Part shown: positions 43,037-57,794 of the stretch, piece after piece | Position numbering within the stretch: position 1 is the stretch's first letter | Layout: every line of letters starts with the position of its first letter | Assembly (NCBI GenBank): GCA_951406725.2 | Contig: OX597827.1 | Coordinates: 38,626,001 to 38,690,000 of the forward strand | Source: Octopus vulgaris | Taxonomy: Eukaryota | Length of the DNA stretch: 64,000 nt | Reading direction: 5' to 3' | Position numbers and translations under genes: made by a program | Notes under the pieces: model-generated | Told to the model about the DNA's origin: nothing | The model's input: only the letters and a program-made list of their open reading frames with translations | The model's database searches: none

Positions 43037-43392
43037 GGCGGCGAGCTGGCAGAAACGTTAGCACGCCGGGCGAAATGCGTAGCCGTATTTCGTCTGCCGT
43101 TACGTTCTGAGTTCAAATTCCGCTGAAAAGCATCTCCTGATTTTGCCTTTCATCCTTTCGGGGTCGATAAATTAAGTACCAGTTACGCACTAGGGTCGAT
43201 ATAATCGATTTAATCCGTTTGTTTGTCCTCTCAGTGTTTAGCCCCTTGTGGGTAGTAAAGAAATTTCGCCGAGGTCGACTTTTCCTTTCATCCTTTTGGG
43301 GTCAATAAATTAAGTATCAGTTGCTTACTGGAGTCGATGTAATCGACTAGTCCCCTCCCCCAAAATTTCGAGCCTTGTACCGAGAGTAGAAA
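43037..43392 (+). mobile_element. Young SINE family B copy fused to or nested in a related SINE
   Basis: ggcggcgagctggcagaaacgttagcacgccgggcgaaatgc head; CpGs intact; second core begins ~43264. Confidence 0.75.
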
Positions 43393-44584
43393 AATATAAT
43401 ATTGTTGATTGCCAGTATATCTTTACAATGAACAGCTTTTTATTGTTGCTCATATTTGCAGTTACGATTTATACATTTTTAACATTAAGACACTCAACTT
43501 GCTAGAACTGGCAACTAAATCTTCAATCCACATACTGTTTAAAAAAAAAAACAAGAACAAATTACGGAGATGTACTTGCATAGCAAGTGACCTGATCTGA
43601 GATCATGTACTGGAACGATATCATGAACTAACTGTTACTTTCTCAGATGCAGCACAAAGTTTTGTCAGTGAATCGGTCGCGGTCTCAAAGCGACGAAAAT
43701 ATCTTGACAAATTAAATTTAAATGTTGAAGTGAATCTAACGGTTTTTGTGTGTTTCTTAAATGGCTTATAAACACCTTCCACACTGCAAGAACAAATTGG
43801 ATTGACTGAAAAAAAAAATCAGGAGATGGTCTTGGCTAAAATGCTTTTCATTATAGATCTGCTTGGTATCAGAGTTAACTTGAAACTAAACAACAATAAT
43901 AAACAATACACACACATACATACATACATACAATGGGTTTCCATCTACTAAGCCCACTCACTTGGCTTCAGTTGGCATGGAGGTTATAGCAGAAGATACT
44001 AGCTCAAAGTTGCATGCTGTGGGATTGGGAAGCAAATTCTTAACCACACAGTGGCTCCAACACCTACACATGTATGTATATGGTGTTAGCATAGCCTTGT
44101 GCTTCATAAGTTTGCTTCACAAAACCATAGTCTGGGGATCAAATGTAAGTATATACTTATATGTGCCTGGAGATGTTATTTCTTTAAAAAGATGAGCTAA
44201 AATAATCATGTGGTGTTTACATTGCCTGTAAACATTATACCCTATAGCTCTGTGCACTTGTACTGTTGGAACTAAAAACAAAGATCTATTACATGTATAA
44301 CAGATCCAGGATGGCAACAGGTAAAGCATCCGACCATAGAAAACTGCCTCAAATAAGTACCTGTCTGCTTGCATGGAAAATAGACAGAAAATGAACAAAT
44401 ATATATATGTGTGTGTGTGCATATGTATGTTTCATCATCATCATCGTTTAACGTCCGCTTTCCATGCTAGCATGGGTTGGACGGTTCAACTGGGGTCTGG
44501 GGAGCCCGAAGGCTGCACCAGGCCAGTCAGATCTGGCAGTGTTTCTACAGCTGGATGCCCTTCCTAACGCCAACCACTCCGAGA

Positions 44585-44630
<46 letters not shown>

Positions 44631-45445
44631 GTGTGTGAGTGTGTAGGCCATCTAAGACTTCACAAGTCAGGAAAAAATGCACTCATGTATCTGTCAGTAA
44701 AGTGGGTATATTAATTGAAGTGTACAGTATTATACATCCATTACAGTTTATCTTACCAATCAGTTTTGCACCTCCGCTCTCTTCTGTTTCCCTCTACCTT
44801 CATTGGTCGTCCCCTACTCCTTACCCCCCACTTCCTACATCCACCTTTCAATCTTACCCAGCCTGTACAATTGTTGCCTACCTTCCCTTTGCCATTCCTC
44901 CATATCTTTCACCCCCATACACTCTTTCTACCTTCCTCGTTCACACACACATTCCTAGTTTCTCTGCTCACACTCACTTCTTCTCACCTTGTACCTTGAG
45001 AGGTCACCTCATCAGCGCTATTTATTTTTTTGCATCTCATCTACAACAACGACCTGTTTTCTCCCTTCCTTTCTCTCATATTTTAGCCCCACATCTCCCA
45101 GTTTAAAGCTACCTACCTCCCCAAATCAGGGTTCATAGTCTTGCAAGCTACATGATAACCCCACTGGGGTCAGTAGCTCAGAAAAAGCACCCAGTACACA
45201 CTGTAAAGTGGTTGATGTTAGGAAGGGCATCCATCTGTAGAAACCATGTCAAAGCAGTCACTGGAGCATGATGCAGTCTTTGGATCCAGTGGATCCTGTC
45301 AAACTGCCATGACACTGCATCCTTTAAGGATCCTGCCATGACACTGCATCCTTTAAGGCCCTCATGCTTTCCGAAATCCGCCGAAACTACACCTGATTAT
45401 ATATACACTTTAGATGAGTTGTAGTGCACCTGAGCACTGTACACA

Positions 45446-45493
<48 letters not shown>

Positions 45494-47395
45494 AACTGCC
45501 CAGCCCATGCCAACATGAAACATGGATGTTAAATGATGATAATGATCATGACATATGCAACATGGCTGTGAGGGTAAGACATTTACTTCAGAAGTACATG
45601 GTTAGATTTCAGTCCCTCTGCAGAGAGAGAGAGTTGTCTAGGCTAACACACTACCATTTCTGAACACCAACCACTTGTCCTACAAAATAGTGAAGTACAG
45701 TGTATAATAGTTGTAATACTTAAAATATGTAACCAGGAAATACTTATTTATTTAGAACAATGATCTAGCACAGGATTGGGGAACTTTTTTTAACCAATTA
45801 CCCTAAAATGTATCTATTTACGCTTATGTTACCCACTTGATTTGAAAGGAAGAAAATCATAGATTCTTTGAATTCAAAAGGTTTATTGAATCTGTTTATA
45901 TGAATCTATTTACACATCCATTACATTGGACAGATGCAGTGTTGCCAAAAGAAAATTTTCTGTCGCAACAAGGAACACGATTTTCATGTAATTTTACTTA
46001 TATCCAATGAGTCCTCATTACTCCCAAGAATTTCGTTTTTACTCCACTTAATACAAATTTACCCTGGTTCGCCAACCCCTTACTTAGCAGAATAGGTAGA
46101 ATGAATATTGTTCTTCCTTCAGCTTTTGAAATCTGTATTTGTTACATTTCAACCTGTCAAGGTATTATTTTAGGTAACTTCTACTTGAGGTGAATTTGGC
46201 CTTTCAAAAATAAAGTACCTGTTACATACTAGGATCGATATATTTGACTATATTTCTTAATCATGTGCCTTTGTTTTAAAAAGTCAGTATGATGAACAAC
46301 TTCACCATCAAGAGTTATCTCTCTTCACTCTGTATTGATTTATCAGTAGTTTTGTGTGTGTGTGTACAAATTTCTACACACATAAATATGCAAAAAAAGA
46401 ACATCCATCTCACACACATACACTCATAAACAAATAAATACTGCTGGTTTGTGAAAGCAGTTAAAGTGAAATTAACTACTTACTAGTAGTGTCTTGAAAA
46501 GTTTTCCTTTCATCTGTGTCCAGATCCATCCTTTTGATACCAACCCACTTGAGAGTGCCCCTTGTTCTGTGATACAAATTCCCTGTTTTAAAGAGTTCTA
46601 AATTGCATGTAAATTTAAGTTCAAAACACCCCAGTTTTGTAATCTATAATGACAATTTTAAATTAAATTCTTCGTTATTTTCAAAATTAACTGAAACAAA
46701 CCCACTGTATTTTAACAGTGTTATGGTAACAAAAGGATTAAATAAATACCTGTAATATATCAAGATTTATTCAATCAACCATAACTTCATCTCTCTTTCT
46801 AAAGAAGTAACCTTTTGTTACATAGTTTTTAAATTTGCAAGAATTTTTTTTTAGACATATGAGTTTTGCAGATCCTCCCAGTTTGAAGAAAATCAATGCA
46901 AACAAGGAAGGAATTCAGTAGGGCTGTATTTTTGAAAAGAAAGGAAAGAATTGGAAAAATCTTTAGTTTCAAATCCAAGTAGTGAGACATGTTAAGGAGA
47001 ATGAGAGAGAGATGAGTTAGTCGAGTGTATCTGGATGGATGTGGTGTACAGATTTGTAGTTCAAAGTAGCAGGGGTAGACAAGCCAAAAAGAGAAAACAA
47101 TGCCTCTGTCAACTCATGGTTATTATATGTTGGTAAAGGAATTATGTATAAGACCCTGTGTAATGTCTATATTTCAGTTAGTGACCATAAGATTCACTTT
47201 CCCTGTCTTCTTTATTTCAGCTGAGAACCATAAGACTAGCTCTATTGACTTTAACTGTCCAGTCTATCATAACCTATATTATGATAGACCAGAATATTAT
47301 AATCTATATTCACTGATCCTTCTGTTACGTCCTCCCTTACATTCAGTTATGTCTTCTATATTTCAGCTAGTGATCATAACACTGACTGCTCTGTC

Positions 47396-47518
47396 ATGTC
47401 ACAAGACGCACTAACAATGAAAGAACAGAGTTCATCATCTGTGCTACTACGCAGAGGTTCTACCAACAAGATCCCTCTCAAAGAGAAATTTGTCCAGATA
47501 TATGAAGCTTTCTTTCAG
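47396..47518 (+). CDS. ARMH3: ARMH3 (C10orf76) coding exon 1
   Basis: (MSQDALT)MKEQSSSSVLLRRGSTNKIPLKEKFVQIYEAFFQ|gtgagt; resembles human [24 protein letters not shown]; the true start may be the second ATG (47417). Confidence 0.9.
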
Positions 47519-47936
47519 GTGAGTTCATTACCATCATCACCTGTTGACTTCCACTTTCCATACATGCATGAATCAAGCATAGTTGAATAGCCTGTACCTA
47601 TGCCTTATATAATTCTTTCACTGAGTTGTGCTTTATAATGTTATTGATATTGTTGTTTTAAATGTTATTAGTGGGTTAGGTTTCAACCACAATATCACCA
47701 ATCTAGGAAGGCCTGTAAATGTCATGGACTCTGGCCCTTCTTCCCTGATTAACCTATATTTTGGTAAATGCTGTAACTTCAAAATCACTGTCACCCCTCT
47801 TGTAAAAATTCAATAAATATCCATGCTGCAAAAAGTATTGAGTAATCCTTTAGTTTAAGGTTAAATTGCTTTTATATAAAACTTGATATAAAAATACAAA
47901 CATCAATATATATTTCTTCTTTATTTATTTATTTAG

Positions 47937-47993
47937 CTTGAAGACCCTTCAACAGGCAACCCTAACTTTTGGGATGAATTATTTTTGTTAAAA
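47937..47993 (+). CDS. ARMH3: ARMH3 coding exon 2
   Basis: atttag|LEDPSTGNPNFWDELFLLK|gtaagt (human EDPSKCSPRFWEELFLMK). Confidence 0.95.
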
Positions 47994-50900
47994 GTAAGTC
48001 GTGTTTAATCTCTGACTTGTTGAGTTAGTAGGCACTTCTCTTTTGCATCAATCTTTCTTATATTTTTGCAGCAAGAGAGAGAGAAAATTATTTAACCAGG
48101 AGGAAGACATTGAGTGAATTGCTTTCTGTCAATCTCATCATCATTGTGTTAATATGTTAGTACAAGTTTGGATGTGTTTGCAGCATGGTATGTTAGCAAA
48201 CCTTTCAATCCTGTCATCATTGTGTTTGTGAGATCCGAAACCATAAAACCTAACCTTACTATATCTTCCTCTGAAATAAATACCTTCCACTATCAGTACA
48301 TCGTACCTTTTCACCCAGCTATTTCAGCACAACACAACATCTTCTCTTGCATGCATGAGTTGATCATAGGCTTAGGAAAACGGAGATGTACAAGCATATC
48401 CCCTAAAGTTGGAGACAGAGATGCAATGAAAAGGCTTTGAACATCCTCCTGAAAAACTTCATCTCCAAATTGAACATGCATAGAAAAATTTGGGGACTGA
48501 TTTGAAACATTACTTTTCCATTATTGGATTTATCTGATTTGATTGATGTACAAATATAATAATAATATTTATTATTATTATTATTATTATTGAGTGAGAG
48601 AGCAGCGCATGCTATCAAAGTGGCACTAGAGTACAAATATATGAAACCCAATATACCCATCATGACTACCCATCTGATAAGGGTACACCAGACACATGCA
48701 TCACAACCATATGTGCGCAACATGGTGATTTAATATGGCGATAAACAGCACATGACCTTGCAGGTGGGGCCCAGTTAGAATTTTCTTTGGGTTGAGTAGC
48801 CCATCCTGCTCAAGAGGTCCCTAAATAAGGTTTGTTTAAGGATGATGGACAAAACACCTATGTTTCCAGAGGTGAATTATTCAAACAGCAAAGAATTCCC
48901 TTCAACACATGGCTATGATGCTCCCTTGCTACTTCTGCTCATGATCAGTCATGCACATATCGTTAGCCACTCAGGGACATGCTCCACTGACAAGCAAATC
49001 TGTAGTTTTGAGCAGAATATTTGCTGTAGCCCATCATTTCCCATGCTGGCAAAGGTTGGATGGAACATGCTAAGGCAGATTTTATACAGCTGGATTCTTT
49101 TCATGCCACAACTCTTATTTGTTTATTTTCCAATTAAGGTATTTTCATTTCACTGACCCTCGCACATCAAAACCAACAGGCCACTAAAATTACAGGACTT
49201 TTATTTACAAGAAAACACAATGTTACCATTTTTTTGCTTAAATAGTCTTATTGAAGACACACAGATAAATCATGAAATCTCTCTCTTCCTCACACAACAA
49301 ACACATGTAAACACATACATACACACACAATGATTTTCCTTACATTTTCTGTCTACATAGTCCTCTAACAGGGCATCACCAGTCAGCCTAAGGCTGCAGT
49401 AGAAGATTCTTACCCAAAGTGCCTCATTCAGTGGTGCTGAAACCACCTGCTTGCAAAGCATCTTCTACTATAATAATACTCTTGTGTTTTTCTCCGTTGC
49501 AACATAGGAATTCGAAAGGAAGGGGTGATAGATGAATAAGTAAGAAAAGGCTGATAGCAAACTGGTAGTGGAAGCGTTTCAACTCTGTGTGAGTATATGT
49601 GTGTATGTAAAAGGGAGGTATGTTATGTGAATGTTTGTGTGTGTGTGTAATGGAAGTGGGATGGTGAACATTCAATGCTGAAAAGAAAAATCAAACAGCA
49701 TTTCAACTCTGTGTGAGTGTATGTGTGTGCGTGTACAAGGGAAGTATGTGAATGTTTGTATGTGTGAATTAGCGTTCTTTCAGTAACAAACAATGATTGA
49801 TGTCACATCTCAGACAACCACTAGATAACATTGATAACTGTATTAATTTAATTTACCGTCCATATTGATAAATAAAATACTACAATTAACCGTCATTTTT
49901 GATGGCATGAGGCCAGCTAGTACTTCATAATCATAGAGACATGACTGCACCTAGTCATATGTTTATATCTCTTATCTTTTATTTGTTTCAGTCATTAGAC
50001 TGCAGCCATGCACTGCCTTGAAGAATTTTTCTTTTTTTTTAAAATCTGGTACTTAATCTATTAATCTCTTAGGCTGAGCTGCTAAGTTATGGTGACATAA
50101 ATACACCAACACCAGTTGTCAAGCAGTGGTGGAGGACAAACACAAACTGAAGCACACACACACATATGACAGGCTTCTTTGAGTTTCTGTATACCAAATC
50201 CACTCGCAAGACTTTGGTCAGTCTGAGGCTATAGTAGAAGACATTTTCCCAAGGTGCCACACAGTGTGACTGAACCCAGAACCACATGGTTGGGAATCTT
50301 GCTTCTTGTTTCTTTATTACCCACAAGGGGCTAAACATAGAGGGGACAAACAAGGACAGACAAAGGGATTAAGTCGATTACATTGACCCCAGTGTGTACC
50401 TTGTACTTAATTTATCGACCCCAAAAGGATGAAAGGCAAAGTCGACCTCGGCGAAATTTGAACTCTGAATGTAACAGTAGACCAAATTAACACTAAGCAT
50501 TTTGCCCGGCATGCTAACGTTTCTGCCAGCTTACCTAGAATATATCTAAATATCATCATAATCATCATTTAACAATCATATTCTGTGGATTAGACAGTTT
50601 GACAGGGCCAAATGTGTCCAAAGACTGTATTGTGATCCAGTGTCTGCTTTGGCATGGTTTCTATGGCTGGCTGCCCTTCTTAACACCAACTTTACAGGTG
50701 TACTGGGAGCTTTTTTTTTTTTGTGTGTCACCAGTTGTATTGAAGTCACCATGTAGCTCCACAAATCAACAGACCCAAGGAAGGAGGGTGCTGCATCTAT
50801 ATGTTAGATGGGGATTAAGGTATGAGGGAAGAGTTTGGGGTTGAGCAAGTTCTTTTTGTAGAGGAGCTACATAGCTACTCAAATTTAGTAGAGAGAGAAC

Positions 50901-53900
50901 GACTTACAATGGTGATTAGGTGTCCAGGTGGCATCTCAGGTAGAAGGAACAGTAGTGGATGTGAGTGAGTGGAGGTTTGCACGAGTGTGTGGTGGAGGAG
51001 ATAAGGGAAGGGTTGAGGAGGGGTGGGTTAAAATTGTATACTCTTTTACTTGTTTCAGTCATTTGACTGTGGCCATGCTGGAGCACTGCCTTTAGTCAAG
51101 CAAATCGACCCCAGGGCTTATTCTATCAGGTCTCTTTTACTAAGTTACAGTGACATAAACACACCAGCATCGGTTGTCAAGCAATGTGGGGAGACAAATA
51201 CAAACACACAAACATATACACACACATATACGACGGGCTTCTTTCAGTTTCCGTCTACTAAATCCACTCACAAGGCTTTGGTCAGCCCAAGGCTATAGTA
51301 GAAGACACTTACCCAAGGTGCCACGCAGTGGGACTGAACCCAGAACCATGTGGTTGGTAAGCAAGCTACTTACCACACAACCACTCCTGTATGGTGTGAT
51401 ACAAATGTAAATTCAGTAAGTAAACTGCTGCACATTATTGTCTCAAGTCTTGGGACTCATAGAGCCAGTGACCCAGTTTTTTTCCATAGTATACGAGTAA
51501 CTGAGATCACAACAGCACTCCTAAACAGGATGTCAGTCCGTTGCATGGTTATTCATTTACAGTGGACTGGAGCAACATGTAATGAAATGTTCTACTCAAG
51601 GACACAACTCACTGCCCAGTCCAGGAATCAAAACCATGACCTTGCTACACATACACACAGTTTAGTATGAAGGACATTGACACTGTCCCTCCACCCCTTC
51701 ACTTATAAAATAATCTAAGCAAAGTGCCAACATTCAAGTATGTCTGTCAACTTGAATGTTGAGGATTTTTTTTTTTTAACTTTCAAATCTGAGTTATTTT
51801 TGGCCAGCTCTTTTCTTAAATTTGCTGTCAATGACTGAAGAGAGCCATTTCAGAATTGTCTGTGAAGCATTGTGTCACCAATGTGTATACATCGCTTGAC
51901 AATTGATGCTGATGTGTTTACGTCCCCGTAACTTAGTGGTTCGGCAAAAGAGTATACAATTTTAACAGGTGTGGGTATGTGGTTAAGAAACTTGCTTACC
52001 AAACCATGTAGTTTTGGGTTCAGTCCCAATGTGTGGCACTTTGGGAAAGTATGTTGTCCCAGTCTATTAAAGCTTTATGAGTGGATTTGGTAGACGGAAG
52101 CTGGTAGAAGCCCATCATGCATGTGTGTGTTTTTGCGCACACCTTTATTGGCATCTTGCGATTGTTGTAAATGAGGATCACTGTCCAGGTTCCAGGTTCA
52201 GTCCCACTGCGTGGCACCTGGGTATGTATCTTCTACTATAGCCTCGGGCTGACCAAAGCCTTGTGAGTGGATTTAGTAGATAGAAACTGAAAAAAAGCCA
52301 GACATATATATATATATATATATGTGTGTGTATATATATGTTTGTGTTTGTCCCCCCACCATCGCTTGACAACCGATGCTGGTGTGTTTAGCAAAAGAGA
52401 CCGATAGAATAAGTACTAGGCTTACAAAGAATAAGTCCTGGGGTCGATTTGCTCGACTAAAGGCAGTGCTCCAGCATGGCCACAGTCAAATGACTGAAAC
52501 AAGTAAGTAAAGAGAGAGTGTGTATATATATATAGAATATTGACACTGTACCCCCTTCCCTCATTAACTTTGTAGTGTTTCAACACTCAAGTGTGTCTGT
52601 CTGCTTTAATGATTTCAAGTAATTTTTTGAGATGTAAACTAAATTTTTGGCCAACCCATTCATAAATTTGAAAGCACTGACAAATCTGACCTACATTCTT
52701 GACTACTTTCCTCTTAGCAGAATTTGACAACTTTCAGCATGGTACTTAGTAATGTATTTTCCTTGCTCTTTCTTTGTAATATGAGCCTAGCCATGTAGGT
52801 CAGTCATTATATTTTATATTCAATGGTTGTTGTTGGCATTTCATCTCTATTTAATGGACTTTGAATTTTTGTAGTGATACACATTATTACTTACTATTAT
52901 TTTCGTATATAAGAAATTTCTTTATAAGAAATTCAGTGTTAACACTTCTAAATTAATTGTTATTGATTTGTATCTGAAGTACAAGGCTACAATTGATTTT
53001 ACCAGACATAGTATTTAACTGATACATACCTATAAAGGAGTCTCTGTGTGGTTGCTCAGTGTGCCAGAAAAAGCAGCCAAATTTCTTTACCCAACCTTGA
53101 ATCATACTCATCTATCTTAACCCATGTATACCCCTGGTTGCATTGTTGCAATGCATAACCTGCACCTACTTGTTTAGACATGAACTCGCCAAGAAGCACC
53201 TGACTGAACATACAAAATGTTCGGTAGGGAGTCGACATCTGTAGCCAAAAGTTGCATACTGTCCTTCTCTCCCAGATTGTGAAAGCTTACTGTAACGTTT
53301 TATCTAAATTTTTAAGAAATTTATGAAATTTTAAGACTTCATTTTTTTATGGGCATATATGGGTTAAAGAAAGGAAGGATGCATTGAACAAGCAGTAGTC
53401 ATATATATAAAGATGGGATGGTCATCGTTTGGATGCCTTTGATCATAGGTCTGTTCAGTAAGCAATCAATTTGGGATAAACAGCAATAACTATTCTTTTA
53501 TCCTTTTCCATGTTTTTTAGTCAAATAAATCAACCCCAGTACTTTTTTTTTAAGCCTGGTACTTATTATGTTTGTCTCTTTTGTTGAACTGTTAAGTTAT
53601 TGTCAAGTGGTGATAGAAGACAAACACAAATACACATATATATGCATTCACACACACACGACAGGCTTCTTTCAGTTTCCTCCTACCAAATCCACTCACA
53701 ATGATTTGGTTGACCCTAGGCAACTTACACAACCTAGAACCATGTTGTTGGGAAGCAAACTTCTAACCACACAGCCAAGCCTGCTGATTAGTATATACAT
53801 TTTACATTGATCCTTGGGCAGGATCCTCATCAGGATTTGAACTCAGAATATATAGCAACATATCTAAATATTGCAATGTGTTTTGTCAAGTGCTGATCTG

Positions 53901-54882
53901 AATGTGACACTTCACTACTGTCACACATAATTCCTAACATGGTACAAGACCAGAAATTGAAGGAAAATTTTGTTGATTTAAGTGACCTCAGTATTTGATT
54001 GATATTTTAATAACAATGATAGTAATAATAACAACCCATCCTACTATAGGCACAAGACTTGAAATTTTACATTGACACCCACACACACACACAGTGCGTA
54101 ACTGGTGCTTATTTTATCAATCCTGAAAGGATGAAAGGCAAAGTCAACATCAACAAAATTTGAACTTAGAACATAAGGACAGACAAAATACTACTAAGCA
54201 TTTCGCCTGGTGTGCTGATGATTCAGCAAGCTCACCACCTTAATAATAATAATAATGCTTGTATTGGGTGGACAGAATTTGTCGAGACAGATTTTCCTGT
54301 GGCCAGATGCTCTTCCTGTTGCCAACCCTTACCTGTTTCCAAGCAAGGTTATATTTCACCATTGTTTGGACATTTTCACAGAAAACAGGAGACAAATAAC
54401 ACTGTTTGTATGATGGTCATATAACACATATTTGCAACTATCATGATATCAAGATAAGGTTAAATAGACACACATGCATGGATATATACTTACTTACTAA
54501 CTTACTTGTTACGGGCTTCTTTCAGTTTCTGTCTACCACATCCACTCATAAAGTCCAGAATTATAGTAGAAGACACTTGCCCAAGATGCCATGCAATGGG
54601 ACTGAACCTGAAACTATGTGGTCGAGAAACAAACTACCTAACCACACAACCATGCCTGCACCTATCATCATAATTATGTCACCATATTGACCACAAATAT
54701 TCATACATTGATGACGATCATTATCAACATTACCACAATATTGCTATAACAACTGCAATTATTCATGCCATCATCACTACAAAATTCTTACAGCAACCAC
54801 AACCAAACACATCATCATCATCATCATCAACACCACACCAGTACTGCTACATCACCTGTAATACTTTGTATTTTTTTTCCAG

Positions 54883-54948
54883 GTCAAGTCTTCCTATATT
54901 GAGGCAGAATTTGACAAGTTGAATGAAGATGCTTTGGTTTCACTGAAG
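54883..54948 (+). CDS. ARMH3: ARMH3 coding exon 3
   Basis: ttccag|VKSSYIEAEFDKLNEDALVSLK|gtatag; phase 0-0. Confidence 0.9.
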
Positions 54949-56855
54949 GTATAGTATATTATTACTGAGCTGTTGTACTTAATTATCATTGAGATAATAT
55001 GGATGCACTGCTTTATTTAATTATCATTGACATAATGGATGACAATCTCAGATTTGGGCAATTCTGAAATATGCTCGATTTGATGGGTCCTCTTATGTTG
55101 TGCTTGAGAAGAAGACCCATCAAGCCGAGTGAAATCGCTGTCTTGGCAGATACCGGTGTCATGGAAATGGCACCTGTGCCAGTGGCATGTAAAAGCACCT
55201 GTTACACTCTCAGTGGTTGGCATTAGGAAGGGCATCCAGCCATAGAAAACCACACCAAATCAGACTGGAGTCTGGTGCAGCCTTCCAGCATACCAGCCCA
55301 GTCAAACCATCCAACCCATGCAGGCATGGACAACGGATGTTAAATGGTGGTGGTGAAGAACAATGGCAGAACCAATATAGACTGGTAAACAAATACTTTA
55401 CAGAATTTAATTACATAGTGAAGGCTAGTAAGTGGTTAGGATATTAAGCTCATGATCATAGGGTCATGAGTTCAATTCCTGGTGCTGCAGTGTGCCTTTG
55501 AGCATGACGTTTTATTTCATGTTGCTTCAGTTCACTCAGCTGGCAAAAATGGGTTGTGCCTGTATTTCAAAGGGCCAGCCTTATCACACTCTGTGTCATG
55601 CTGAATCTCCCTGAGAACTACGTTCAGGGTACATGTGCCTGTGGAGTTCTCAGCCACTTACATATTAATTTCATAAGCATGCTGTTCCATTGTTCAGGTC
55701 AGCTGGAAGCCTTCTCATTGTAACTGATGGCGAGCCAGTAGCTAGTAATTCTGTCTTTAACTCTTGGATTCATCAGTACCTGGCATATAAGTGATCAAGG
55801 CTGCAGCATTCTCCCTGAAAGAAACTCCTGTCTGTTGCAGAGTGACTCAGTTACTGCAGAGTGGAGTGGAGCAATATGAAATGAAATGTGTTACTCAAGA
55901 ACATAATGTACTACCCAGTCTAGTAATCAAAACCTCAATCTAGTGATCATAAATGCTACATTCTGACCATTAGGCCAGGTGCTTTCACAGTTAATTATGT
56001 TGTGGATTTCAGTTTTGTAAACCTTCACACCAAAACTCCTGTTCCCTCTTTATAATTTTTCTGTACATATTGATATTTAACTATCATTCACATTAGTCTT
56101 GATAATATTCTGGGAGCAGAGCTTGTAACAGGCATGGACACTGTCCCTTTCTCCCCTGATTAGTCTGTATTCTTTCTCTAGCTTCAGTCAATGGATTATG
56201 GACCTGCTGGGATACTGCCTCAAGGATCTTTATTCAATAATATCAACTCCAGTAATTTTCTGTCTGGTTCTCATTTTATTGGACTCCATTTATTGAATGG
56301 TTAAGTTACCCTTTGACATGAAAAGGATGCATTTTAATACACCAGTATTCATAGAGGCACATACACTTGTTGTTGACATCCATGCAGTTTCTGTCCACTA
56401 AATTCTAAGCATTGGTCAACCCAAAGCTATAGTAAAAGACACTTAAAGTGTCATGCAATAGGACTGAACCTAGAACCACATGTATGTGAAATGAACTTCT
56501 TAACCACATAGCCATGTGTATGTGTGTGTGTGCATACATGTGTGGTGTTGATGAATTTTGGGAAGCAAGGAATGTTTGAATGTTCAGCATCAGACCTGAT
56601 TCTACATCTGAATTTCTCATCTTTGCATTGGACCCACATTCCAGTTCAAATTAAATAAGGGTGTGTGTGTGTGTGTGTTTTATTAGTCCATTTCCTATTA
56701 AACACACCATTAAGCAGTCCATCCAACCTCAGCTGTGTATGAATCCTATATCATATACCTAAGCAGTAATTTTTAAAAACTTTTAATGTTTAAGATTAGT
56801 TATTTGCAGAAGAGGGAGACAAAAAAATGTGTTAATCTGTCTATTTTTATTGCAG

Positions 56856-56939
56856 GACAATATCAATCTCTGGTTTTATAAATGTGTGGAGACATTAAAA
56901 CAGCAGACTGCACCATTTCGAGTGGTGAATGCAATCCAT
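56856..56939 (+). CDS. ARMH3: ARMH3 coding exon 4
   Basis: ttgcag|DNINLWFYKCVETLKQQTAPFRVVNAIH|gtaagt. Confidence 0.95.
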
Positions 56940-57794
56940 GTAAGTTTTTTTTTGTTTAGTTCTAGATTGACCCTGATTGAGCAGTTTCTGTGGTCAAAGA
57001 CATTCCATCTGTGATCATCACATTTTCATTTAAGAAAGTTAATGTGAAACTACTGTGTCTAATGTATCTACTTTCTCTTGAAGACAATAGGGTGTTTTCT
57101 GTGGGTGATTCATCTGCTATTTTTAGCTAGTACATGGACCATGTATAAAGCTCTCCCTTTGGTTAGCAATTACTTGAAAGACTTACTTTCAGGAGGTTTT
57201 TGAACCTACTCTCATGTAATTAAGGGAGATACAAGTGCATTTAGAGTTAAATTAATTGCCAGGCACTTATGTCATATATGATGCCCAAAGGACTATCTAA
57301 ATTCAGCAATGTAAGTTAATGAAACTCTCTGCAGTTTTCATAGTGCTACCACTGTTTGTAGTAATGAGTCTTTCCACTCTGTGGTATCTACTAACTACTA
57401 GATAGCCTGACCCATTGACAGTTATATGCTTGGACCATATATATCATCATCATCATGTAACATCCATTATCCATACTAGCATGTGTTGGACAGTTTAACA
57501 GGAGGTGGCAAGCCAGAGAACTGCACCAGGTTTCATTGTCTGTTTTGGCATGGTTCCTGCACCTAGATGTCCTTCCTAATACCAACCACTTTACAGAATG
57601 TACTGGGTGCTTTTTACATGGGACCAGTACTGGCAGGATGGACCATATATATATATATCCAGCCGTAGAAACCATGCCAAACGAGATTGGAACCTGGTGC
57701 AGCTCTCCAGCTTGCTATAGCTGGTCAAAAACCATCCAACCCATACCAGCATGGACAACAGACATTAAATGATGATATATATATATATATATAT

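Noticed and set aside
45304-45358. 26-bp direct repeat with 29-bp period
   Set aside because: Small local duplication at a TE junction; no evidence of function
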